From NCBI GenBank assembly GCA_036785375.1, contig JAWMAR010000040.1, positions 9,982,001-10,046,000 of the forward strand: a stretch of 64,000 bases of DNA, read 5' to 3'. The notes beneath the pieces are model-generated. The model was not told the DNA's origin, did no database searches, and saw only the letters and a list, made by a program, of their open reading frames with translations. This document shows positions 52,746 through 64,000 of this stretch, one piece after another (positions within the stretch are counted from its first letter, which is position 1; each line of letters begins with the position of its first letter). Source of the stretch: Leucoraja ocellata (lineage: Eukaryota). Position numbers and translations under genes: made by a program.

Positions 52746-53496
52746 CAATGTAAATACATAAGGAGGAAAGATATAACAACTAGATGAAGAGGGAAAAGGA
52801 AAACTAAGGCGGATCAGATTAAGGCGTGATCAGTAAATCAAATAACCTGCGAAATGGAGTCTGCAGAAGAATCCCAACCCAAAATACCATCAATCTATTT
52901 CCCTTCACAACCAAGTTCCTCTCGCACTTTTCTTTTTCCTCAAGATTCCAGCGTCTGCAGTCTTTTGTGTCTCCATTTTACTATTCCACTGCAAAATCTT
53001 CTCAAAGTATATCTACTTAGAAAAGGTTCTCTCGAGACAGGAGTTCTGAAATCCTTTCTTACTGCCCACCCCCCTCCCCACGAGTCTGAAGAAGGGTCCT
53101 GACTCAACGTCTTCTGTCCCTTTCCCCACACCGACACAGCCTGACCTGCCCAGTTCCTCCAGCACTTTGCAAATCGACCGGTAGTCATGTTCCTGTAAAG
53201 GATTCAACTCTCTAGCCTTTCATTCTGCATTTTAAGTTAATATACTGCTTGTATTCTGCTGCTTGTAGTTCACCAAGAAAGGTAATTGCAATGTCGCCCT
53301 CTAATCTCAGCCAAGGTAGTTGTTAATGAGTCCAGCATTTGGAGGGCAGAGGGGGAATGTGAACTGTGATGGTGAGATTGAGGAGGCAAAAAGAATAAAA
53401 ATTGGAAGGAGATGAAGATTGACCAGGCAGGAAGATCTCTTAGTGTTCACGGCAGTAATTTTCTCACAATCACGCATTGGCCAAATTAGATTAAAC

Positions 53497-53710
53497 TGTG
53501 GCGGCTCCTAAGGGTCGTGCCATTATACTGCCGAACCTTTCGGCACAGGAGTGGTGCAGTCCGGAGGCGGTCCTTAGCCGGAGGGTTTAAAAGGCAGGGT
53601 TTGGGTGCCATCTTTTCCTGGTTTCGTCTTCCCCTGAACCGGGAGGAATTAAAGTAAAGTGCTTCTCAAACTTCGGACTACTTGCCTCATTTTGAGACCC
53701 ACGCACTACA
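53497..53710 (+). mobile_element. Solo LTR in LMO2 intron 1
   Basis: TG...CA ends (TGTGG...CTACA), 4-bp TSD AAAC, internal TTTAAAA and ATTAAA, CpG-rich (probably young). Confidence 0.75.
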
Positions 53711-56700
53711 AAACTACCATTTATTTTATTTATTGTTTTGCAGAACTGCACATCAATACAGTTAAATGGCTACATCCTCTCCAGGGTGTGAGTGGCAATA
53801 AAAATGCAAATTCTTATTTCAGTGTGCAATGATGAAACAGCTGTATATGCATGGGCCATTCATTCCAGATGATGAATAACTGCTATCATTTTTGTTTCTG
53901 TCATTAATAATGAACTGTGAAGTCAGTTCAAATCTCTACTAAATTTAACAACAAAAAGCATTTTCTGTTTAAATTCATAATTTTTGATTGAGCAAAAGAG
54001 CACTGTGACATTTGTATCAATACTTCTTGTTACCCTGCATTATGGTCACCTTAATTATGCTAGATTGAAAAATGTACGATGGAAGTTGCTTCAAATAGTG
54101 TTTCAACTTCACTGTTACCCAACATTCATAACTGCCTTCAGCAAGTGCATAGTGCTACAACTACAGTATCCCCACTATTCCAACACTGGTGACCTGCTGT
54201 GGCAAGAGGTTAGAGCACCAGTTTCTTCAATTTATTTATTAGATGGAACCTGCAATTCAAATAACCCAATGCACTAAATTGGTAAGAGAAGACCGGCCAT
54301 GGTACTGATAACCCCATCCTCCAGGCACTGAAAATGTTAAATTCCCCAAACCATTTTTTGTTGCATGATAACATTTCCAGCAGCAGAGATTGTAAATAGC
54401 TCATGCTGGGCAAGATGTAGCCATCATTTGGGGAAAGAGCCTCATGTCCTGAGGTGCATTTGACTTGAAATATTGAGTTCTTACAGTATTCGGTTCAACT
54501 GATACAGCAGACCAATTTGGTCTTATTCCCCTTTTATTTCCCTGTTCCCGGTGTCTCTTTCTCACATTTCCATCAACTCCTCTATGCTGGGAGGAAACAA
54601 GCATCCAACAAATACCTACATTCTCACTGAGAGAACATGCAAACTCCACACCGGCAGCACACAAGGCCTGGATCAAACCTGGTCGTTGGAACCGAGGCAG
54701 CAGCAGTCAGTGATATATCACCTTGCCACATGTGCAAAATAGAAAATAGAAAGTTTATAATACAGGAAGAGGCTATTTGGCCCACCATGTGTGTGCCAGG
54801 TGACAAATGCTACTGAGCCTAATCCAACTCTCCAGCACTTGTGTCATAACCCTGGTACAATATCAGGGCACTTTAATGCAGTGAGAGTTCTGTCTTACTA
54901 GCCGTTCAAACTCCTACCATCCCCTGGGTATAAAGAGGTTTCCTCACCTTCCCTCTACTCTTTCTATCAGTTCCTTTAAATCTATACTGCCTGGATTTTG
55001 ACACCTTGGTCAACAAAAAACAGTGTCTCCTGTTTATCAATGTTCCTTGATAAATTCTCCTCACAGCCTCCTCTTTCCAAACAAAACTATCTCCAACTAG
55101 CGAATGTACCAACTATAACTTTCCATACTTGTGCAGTCACATCTGTCCTGTAATACGGTGACAGAAATACCATGCAGTTCATGGTTGACCTTTTCTGATA
55201 ACTTCATCTTGGCCTCCCAACCTCTGTAAGCTTTGGCTAACAAAGGAAGGCATTCCATATGTATTTTCAAAATGCTGCCCTGCTATTTAATGACCTAGTC
55301 ACAAATGTTCCAATATCTGTCCATTTCTCCATAGTACATGGAAAAGTGCAGCACTGGAACAGACCCTGCAGCCCACAATATCTGTGCTGAACATGATGCC
55401 AATCCATCCTCCCAATCCATTGCCTCTCCCCAAATGTACTCCCTCATTTCATTATATCAAATTCCGTTTTTACTTTTTCTAACCAACTAAATGATTTACA
55501 CCAACCTGTAATCTAATGCTTTCCTCCTTTCCCTGTCAATCAAGCAGACAATTTTTGTGTCATCCTGAAAATTCTTCATCATACCCCTTACATTTAAGTC
55601 CAACTTGCTTTGAATTATAAGAAAACTCAAGACACTAAATAATGAGCTATTTGGAACCTCGGACTTGTTCTCTAAATCACCTGCTAACCTTTGCTGTTTG
55701 CTTCCTGCCACAGCCAGTTTGCCACACTGCCTTTGATCCCATGGGCTTATACTTCTGTAAAACTCAACATGTAGGTTCTTGCCAAAGAGCTTTGCTAAAA
55801 TCCACAAAGACAAGATCAAATATACTGCCCATATCAAACCTCCACGTTACCTCATGAAAAATTCTATTGCTAGTTAAACCTAAGATGGCTGTCCAATTAA
55901 TCTATGCCCTTCTGAATGAAAGTTTCCACTGTCTCTTAGAATTGGTTCCAATAAATTGTGCCCCACTGAAGTTAAACCAACATGGCTATAATTAGGCAAT
56001 TTATCTCTTTCTTCTGAAACAATTGTACAACCTATATAATCCTCTGCTCTGGCAACACCTGCAGCCTGGAAGTTGAAAAATGATGATCAGAAACTACAAT
56101 TTCCTCCCTTGCTCCTTTAAACAAACTGAGATATATTTCATCCAAGCTTTTTTATTTATTTTCAATTACACTAAATGTCTTAATTCTTTGTCTGTTAATA
56201 TGTTTATCCATAAATTATTTCACATTTTCCCTCCTAAGCATCAGTTGACATTAATCCTCTTGTGATAATAGCTCAAGTATTCATTTACCTTCCTCATTTC
56301 TTCTGCCTTCACATTAATTGTCAGATTACATTTTATGCGCGTCTAAAAAAACATTCAACTTACCTTCACCTTAATTGCCAGTGTTCATTCATGCCATCTT
56401 TGTCTTGTTAAAATGTTCTTTTTTATTTAACCCTTGTAGTTTCTACATTCTTCTCGGTTTCCTGGTGTTTTTAACACCTCATTGCCCGATAACTTATTTT
56501 GTTTTATCTTGCCCTCTATGCACCTTCTCAACCAGGGGCTCCAGATTTGGTGGCCTACCCCTTCTCCTTGTGGGAACACGTTTATCCTGAACCCCTTGAA
56601 TCCCATTGCTGATACAAAAGGAGCAGCGCTGTATCTTTTATGTTTCAAAACTCTATGTTTTAAAGGCAAGATTAGAATCCTAGAACTACATGTACAAGCA

Positions 56701-59700
56701 CTGATATCCCTATCCGTTCCCTTAACTATATAACGGCCCTTCACTTTAGTTTTAACATGCGAGAAATGATCAGGGATTGTCTAATCTGTTACATTGAGCT
56801 ATGCAGCATGGCACCACTCTTGACAATTCTCCTCCAGTCCTGTACAGCAGAGCCATCTTCTGTGCTATAAACTTTACTCTGGTTACACTACCCAGGAGAG
56901 TCTTCTTCCACCACCATCAGTATTTAAAACACAATGCAGTTTAGAAAGCAAGATGAACCCAAGTGTCTCCAGCATAATCTTCCTTTCCCATTTTGCCCAT
57001 CTTGCAGTGTCCAAGTCCTTCCTGAGGTGTTGGACCACTACCTTCTGAAATGTGCTGTCCACCGTGACATCAACTATTGGCCAAGCTCCAAAACCTGGAG
57101 CTCACACTGCTGCAACTGACAACATTTCCTGCAACCACAATCCCCATGTCCACGATGTGGGAATTCTAACATAAGGCCTAGAGTGTCCTGTCATGACTCT
57201 ATTTCTTAGATTAATTCACTTAGCACAAACAAATAGCTTAAAAACGAAAGTACTGGCTATGGACCCTCCAACTGACTGTTTTTGCTTGCTAACAAACCCC
57301 TCCTTTCCTCCACTTTTTCACTCTTTTTGAACAATCGTTCCTTAATCCATGCTAATAGCCTTTAACCCCTGCTCTCTATTCCTCTCTCTCAGACTGTACC
57401 AGGTTTTTAATAAAAATACACCTTTTATCTTCCTCCACCAAACCCCCCTATTTAAAAAGTCCCAGGTTTTGTACTCTGCAGAAGTAGTGCTGCATGGATC
57501 TGAACTCTGTGCCACTTGCTTGACTGAACAAATTAGGAAAGTACAGTGGACAGATCTGACTGTGCATTACAGGCACATCGGGTGCCTTTTGACTTACATC
57601 AACAGCATATGAGCAAAGCACACTTAAGCAGGACCCTTGCTTTTGCTGAACATGTCTCATTAAAGAAACAGGAAAAAGCCTGGAAACAACCAAGTGATCT
57701 GATATAATGGTTCTAAGTAATGTGAGTCTACTACTTCATCATCAGAAATGGAAACCATACTGCTAAGGCCCAATAGAAGCACTGGTGGTAATTGATAATG
57801 CTGGCCTCCATTAATCTACCACAACCAGCTGCAATTAAAGCATCTCACATTCACTCTATTCATCCTGTAGTTAAAGGGAATGCAGCACCATCCCCGTCCC
57901 TAGATTCATGTTATTGTCATTGATAAACAAAACGCAAGTTTGAAGTCATTACATTCAGTGAAGAGATAGTGGCCAGCTTGGTATGAGAGAGTCACCCCTC
58001 AATTGGTAACGGGAACAGTAAGATTCTGGAAAGCCTGTCTTAAAGGCTGGACCTTGTGGAAAGCACCAAAGATAAAGAGGATTGTGGTCAGTGCGGTGCT
58101 TTGAGGGAACTCTTCCCCCCTCCTCCCTTCCCCAATATAAAAAAAGGATTCAGAATTTTAAAGTAGCACAAGAATCATCCCAATGTCTACTGAAATTAAT
58201 ATTTTAAAAATCCCTCTAATAATGGTTTTGAAAGGAAGGGCATTCATGCCCCCTACATAGGACCATCTAAAACATCTTGCAATGCCTCCATTTCTCTTGC
58301 AAAGTGGAGGATGCTCCCCTTAAAATTCCATGGGTTCTGATGCAACCTAAGAGTTCTGTGCAGAGTCTGCAAATTCTACCATCGGAAGGAGAAGTGGAGC
58401 TTGACCAGGCAGGTGGATGCTCACTGCTTGTACTTGACCTCCATGTGTTCAGCAACTCCCCAGATACTTCACCATTTGGAGCTGTTTTCAGAGAGATTCT
58501 CATGAGCCAAGAACATTGCTCAAGATTCTTCTCTGTTCTCCTGTGATAAGAAAATAATTCACTACCTAAAGGGAGAACTTGTACAGAGTACTTGCTTAAG
58601 GATCTTTAGTTGAGGCCCAATCTCTGGTACAGCTCAGCAAAGGAATATGTGATAGTCTGGTGCCCTGTGGAGCCCGGCCTCATGTACACAAACTTTGCCT
58701 GTGGACTAAACCTCAGTGACTGATTCTGTTGTGATCTAGAGTAGAGAAGGTGAAAGTTGGACAATTTTCTGGTTTTTGATTGAGATCTCAGTGGCCAGCT
58801 ATTGCTGCTTGACCTGCTTAGTTCCTCCAGCAATTTGTTCATTATCTTGCCATGTGTCCCATTCATTCACTCGTCCTATCCATTTCCACAAAAAGCATGT
58901 CGAAGAGGATGAAATATTGCAGCGAGGAAGATTAAACAAGTTTTTGGCTTGGTACAGCCTTGCTAGACATCATCTGGACTGGAATTGTGTTTCTGTTGGA
59001 TCCATTGGTTAGAATCACTGCCTGCATGATAAAAGAGCACTGTAGTTCCAGGAACTTCCTCAGTTCTGACACAACCATCTTGGTCCAAGCATTCAAGGAC
59101 CCTCCACTTAAAAAAAACACAGACCGAGGAGAGCTTTTCATAGTTAGTTAAACAGCCAGTGCTTACTCACTTCCTCAACCAAATTCCAGACTTTGTTGGA
59201 AGTCCCCTGGACTCCTTTACACAAATGCCTATCGGCTACAATCTCTGCACTATCTCCTGCTACAGAGGTGTTGAAAAGCCCACCCCATAACTGCTTGCTG
59301 TTTGGGAGTTAATTTGCCATATGTCAACTAATGTGGCCGATCACGTACAACCTTTAGATTAAATACGTTTTAGATTAAAAAATGAAGAATTAAATATTGA
59401 ATGTTATTTTGTACTGCATCTCTATCGTTTCAACAAGAAAATTGCTCAAATAAATTAAAACAATCCTTTGCAATAATACAGCAAATAGGCCTTCCTATTA
59501 AAAATGATCACACTTTAATAATTGTTATTGAATTGTGTCTACTCTAGTAAAATTAGTCCCACCAAATCATGTCTCCCTACTACCAAAGGAACATTAAAAA
59601 AATGTATTAGGCCAACCAGTTTCATTCACCATTCAATGAGATGATGGCTAATCGGCATCTCAACCCCATTTTGTCCTTGTTGCTGCATATCTCTTGATAA

Positions 59701-60325
59701 TCTCACCTAACAAAAATTTAGGTACCGTGAATCTGAAATCTCCAAATATTCCTAGATCTTCAACCTACTGCACCATTTGCTTGAAGCATGCTCTGCCCAA
59801 TATTTAGTTCCATTCACTTCCATAGAACTAAATATTTATTGTGTGGTACTTTGTAAAGTAGATAGAGTACTGTACACTAAATATCCCTGTCTTGTGCAAT
59901 GTTATCTCTGAGCTATTAGTAAATGAGCAAAGTCGTAATGTTTAATTGATGTGATTTTTTAAATTATTTACAGCCCAAGTTATCAAAGCTTAAAACCAAT
60001 CAGATTGAATAATATTTGAAAATATACGACTCCTACAATCAATTGGAGTACAATATTTTTGGCGGAAGCTACAATTCTGTACAAGAAAAAATGTTTTTTT
60101 CAGCATTCACATCTTTTATTAAATATTTATTTAAGTAACCTATCAAATTGCATGTGTGCAGCATGGTAAATCCTGAGATATCATGGATTATTGTTAAGTA
60201 GAAAAGTCATTAGGAGAACCTCGCAAAAGGTATTTAGATAAGTGACAAAATAATCTGTTTTGCTGATGGACAAGAGGAACAATTTTATGGAGAACTAACT
60301 TTTCAGGCTACAAAATAAAACTTAT

Positions 60326-60829
60326 ATAGAGAGAGTACAGAGGAGATTTACTAGAATGTTGCCTGGGTTTCAGCAACTAAGTTACAGAAAAAGGTTGAAC
60401 AAGTTAGGGCTTTATTCTTTGGAGCGCAGAAGGTTAAGGGGGGACTTGATAGAGGTCTTTAAAATGATGAGAGGGATAGACAGAGTTGACATGGATAAGC
60501 TTTTCCCACTGAGAGTAGGGAAGATTCAAACAAGGGGACATGACTTGAGAATTAAGGGACTGATGTTTAGGGGTAACATAAGGGGGAACTTCTTTACTCA
60601 GAGAGTGGTGGCTGTGTGGAATGAGCTTCCAGTGAAGGTGGTGGAGGCAGGTTCATTTTTATCATTTAAAAATAAATTGGATAGTTATATGGAAGGGAAA
60701 GGAATGGAGGGTTATGGTCTGAGCGCAGGTATATGGGACCAGGGGAGAATACGTGTTCGGCACAGACTAGAAGGGTGGAGATGGCCTGTTTCCATGCTGT
60801 AATTGTTATATGGTTATATGGTTATATGG
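60326..60829 (+). mobile_element. CR1 3' fragment (second family, ATATGGTT tail)
   Basis: ORF 60356-60802 LGLYSLERRRLRGDLIEVFK...VWNELP plus tandem tail. Confidence 0.9.
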
Positions 60830-62083
60830 TCTGCAAGACACTACTTCTGATAAAACAGTATTCCAGCCATTCTGTGGTGGCGCCAGTCCAGATCAAGCCA
60901 TTGGAAGTGCTTGGACCACCATGACGTCAGACAGCACACTGCACCTGAAGCTTAGCTGAGGAAATATTTTACTTGGTTGGAACGTTACAAATGTTCATGA
61001 TGCTAACTTCTTGCAAGAGCTGATTGTCCTGTGAGTACAAAATTAGACTAGGCCTTGCTCTCGAGTTTAAAAGAAAGAACGAGAATAATCACATGAATAA
61101 ATTGTGATAAAATTCCTGGGGATATTGGTAAGGTAGATGGTGGAAGGATATTTATTCTGGCTAGGAATCTAGAAATAAGCGGTGAGGTCCATGAAGGCCA
61201 TTTGGGACTACGAAGATAAATTTCTTGAAATGGGTATAGATCATTGCTATGTTTTCCCGTAAAATGTCACATGTTTAGTTGCTGAATATATTGCAGATAG
61301 ATTGATGGAGTTTTGCTCATGAGAAAGAGAAGAAAGGGTTATGTGGGTGTTAGAGGAAAGCAGAGCAGATCAGATAAATATGTCATGATTTGAAAAACTG
61401 ACTAGCCTACCTGCTCATATATATAGCAACCTATGCAGCAGTAGAAACAAAGAAATGCAGATGCAGGTTCATACCAAAGAGAGGCGCAAAGTGCTAGCGT
61501 AGCTCAGCGGGTCAGGCAGCATGTCTTGAAAAAAAGAATGGGTGATGTTTTGGGTCTTGATCCTTCTTCAGATTGAAAGTAGGGGGGGGGGGGGGGTCAG
61601 AAATGTTAATACAGTAGTTAATTTGCCTTTGGATTAGTAATAGTAAGTTATATAATTCAGGAGTGCTGTTCTATGTAGTACAATAATAGTAAGATGTAAC
61701 ACATATCCAGTTAAGTATATAAAACTAAATTAAAGTCATTCTAAACCAAACTAAAGCCAAATTAATTTCTGTAGTTTGACAATTACTGAGGCTCATCAGA
61801 TGTATGCAATTTTATTGTTTCATAACAAATAAAATGTAACATTTTAAATGTATATACATGTTTAATATGAATTCTGTTACTTCAATGTGTTTAAAATTAA
61901 TTTATCAATAATTTCAGCAATTTGTCCGTCATGGTTTTTCAGTAAAATATGCAAAGTTTAAAAGTTGAAATAAAAATGGCTTTAAGTTTAATGGTCGGAC
62001 CTTTCTGAAGGGGAAGTTCAGTTTAAGATATCTCAGAATCCCCCCAGAATGACTACAAAATATTAATATGTAGGTCATGGGTT

Positions 62084-62141
62084 CATCTGATAACAAACAT
62101 GTTTATCAGATAAGCGTCAGATAAGATGGTGGGATCTATCT
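62084..62141. promoter_or_regulatory. GATA-site cluster in LMO2 intron 1 (candidate +1 enhancer)
   Basis: TGATAA 62088, TTATCA 62103, AGATAA 62108, AGATAA 62119 and CTATCT 62136, plus E-box CATCTG at 62084. Confidence 0.7.
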
Positions 62142-62633
62142 CCTGCAGAATTTTGTTCCACCTTCCTTCCAGATTCAGCAGTATTTTTTTTAAAGATACG
62201 TAATGTAGGAATAGGAAGGGTTCCACAACGCCGTGCCAAACATCAAAGGGTTGAAAGTCACAACAGCTGCTCAGATCAAATAAAATACCATATCTCAGAA
62301 ATCAAGACTATAATTATAAATGTACTGCTTCCAAAAAGATTCACAAAAAGTTGGCATGAAAATAAATGTATTTCACAAATTGTTACCATCATCAGTCAGA
62401 ACCCCTGTGTGTGTTTTCGTTTCTTTTTCATTACTCGTTGGGCCACTATGCTGCTTGAGGAGATGATTGACATTGACATCGACTGTGTCTATTTGCTTTG
62501 ACTATTTGGGGTTCCTGCCGCATTAGACCCTTGTCTGAAGAAACAGCTGAACCCCTGATCCGTGCCACCGGTCCAGCACAATCTCTACCCCCTTCCCACC
62601 AGCTGAGAATTGAAATGAGAAGGGCTCACTTAC

Positions 62634-62674
62634 TCCGCATTCTCCAGCGATTTCCTCTCGATTGCCGCTGACAT
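62634..62674 (-). CDS. LMO2: LMO2 first coding exon MSAAIERKSLENA(E)
   Basis: Matches the LMO2 N-terminus MSSAIERKSL. Donor |gtaagt, 41 nt. Confidence 0.93.
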
Positions 62675-62749
62675 TTGGTCGGGGAGCCGATCGGGGTCGC
62701 TGGCTGTGGGCTGCTGAACGCCTGGGCTACACACAGCAGCTCGGCAAGG

Positions 62750-62880
62750 CCGCTGGCTTTTTTATATCGAGCTCAGCCCCTGATCACACGTTTCCTTTTC
62801 CTCATCACGATTCGGACAATACACGGAAATTCGTGTTAAAGCCGCAGCTTTGAAGCGTCGCCAAGGGACTGCTTCCTCCA
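62750..62880 (-). promoter_or_regulatory. LMO2 proximal promoter (TATA box plus ETS GGAA cores)
   Basis: Minus strand reads GATATAAAAAAG at ~62757-62768, about 90 nt upstream of the ATG. GGAA cores at ~62792-62802, 62825 and 62872. Locally CpG-rich. Confidence 0.65.
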
Positions 62881-63214
62881 AAACAAGACTCATCACTTTT
62901 AAAGAGGCAGTGCCCCGCTACTGTTAAAGGCACTCTGCACATTGAGCTGATAAATAGCTGCATCATTACTGTTTGAGAACCATGTATTGTCGAGCACCCA
63001 ATTTTGCATCAAATATCCGAACCTGAAATTTGCATTGTGGATATTTTATGATGGAGATCGAGTTGATTTTTAGAAAAAATATTTGGATTGGAATACTTTA
63101 ATATTAGATGACAAAGTAGTGAATGTGATTATCCCACTAAAATAATCTAAACACAGAGAACTATTCCTTTGCCACCAAAGTGATTAAATGAACAAACTTG
63201 GTCTAAATGTCCTT

Positions 63215-63424
63215 TAAGAAGGAATTGCAGATGCTGGAAAATCGAAGGTACACAAAAATGCTGGAGAAACTCAACGGGTGCAGCAGCATCTATGGAGCGA
63301 AGGAAATAGGCAACGTTTTGGGCCGAAACCTGAAGAAGGGTTTCAGCCCGAAACGTTGCCTATTTCCTTCGCTCCATAGATGCTGCTGCACCCGCTGAGT
63401 TTCTCCAGCATTTTTGTGTACCTT
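63215..63424. mobile_element. Palindromic Penelope pLTR insertion upstream of LMO2
   Basis: 12-bp TSD CTAAATGTCCTT (63203-63214 and 63425-63436). Two inverted pLTR copies. Confidence 0.85.
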
Positions 63425-64000
63425 CTAAATGTCCTTCGCTTATTGGAGGTAAACAGAAATGCTGGAGAAACTCAGTGGGTGAGGCAGCATCTATGGAGCA
63501 AAGGAATAGGTGACGATTCGGGTCGGGACCCTTCTTCACTTATTGGAGTAGTTTATAACGATGGTCATGGAGTCCATCAATTGCTTTCTCGAATAAATGA
63601 ATGGAAAGTCTTGAAGGATCTATCCCAAATATGTTATTGGTACCGTCAGATCTTCAATTGCATCTTGTTTTATTTTCGGTGTTTTTTCCAACTCTCTGGA
63701 TAAGAGAGTAACATTAGTAGCTTGTCTTCCTGTGTTTACATTATGCAATCTACTAGGACTACTCAGCAAGAGACTCATAAAGATCAGGGTCAACAAGTCA
63801 GTTGACAGGATAAGGGTGAGGAACGAGTCTATGCGATTAGCTATCAAATTAAAAAAAAGGCATGGTGCGTGATTCACTTCCTGTAGTGAATGTTAATCAA
63901 CATTAATTGGGAATGGAAACAGGAAGAGAAAATGGAAGGATGACCAGAGATCAAAGGTACTTGATGACCATTTCCTGTGTCTGAATGATTAGGATCATGT

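Noticed and set aside
58267-59150. Cluster of short ORFs in LMO2 intron 1
   Set aside because: No splice-consistent model. It looks like a highly decayed retroelement, too degenerate to classify.

Overview
Eukaryotic (vertebrate) genomic DNA. The repeats (V-SINE/HE1-like SINEs, abundant CR1, Rex1/Babar and Penelope elements) suggest a cartilaginous fish, probably a skate or ray; this is an inference. Three spliced protein-coding genes were rebuilt by hand, all with GT-AG boundaries and consistent exon phases. (1) An ACCS (ACC-synthase-like, fold-type I PLP protein) gene on + with 14 exons at 613-27658 and its 5' end outside the window. It has a coiled-coil N-terminal extension and several substituted active-site residues. 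(2) An unnamed 3-exon, 184-aa four-transmembrane gene of PMP22/claudin-like architecture on - (41201-36766). (3) LMO2 on - (62674-49399, 158 aa), with a TATA/ETS promoter, an intronic GATA cluster and an upstream FOX/ETS cluster. The rest is mostly transposon-derived. It includes a Gypsy LTR element with LTRs, PBS, PPT, TSD and a ~220-nt internal hairpin, nested LINEs, hAT-like MITEs, a solo LTR, and many Penelope-derived pieces that carry hammerhead-ribozyme cores.
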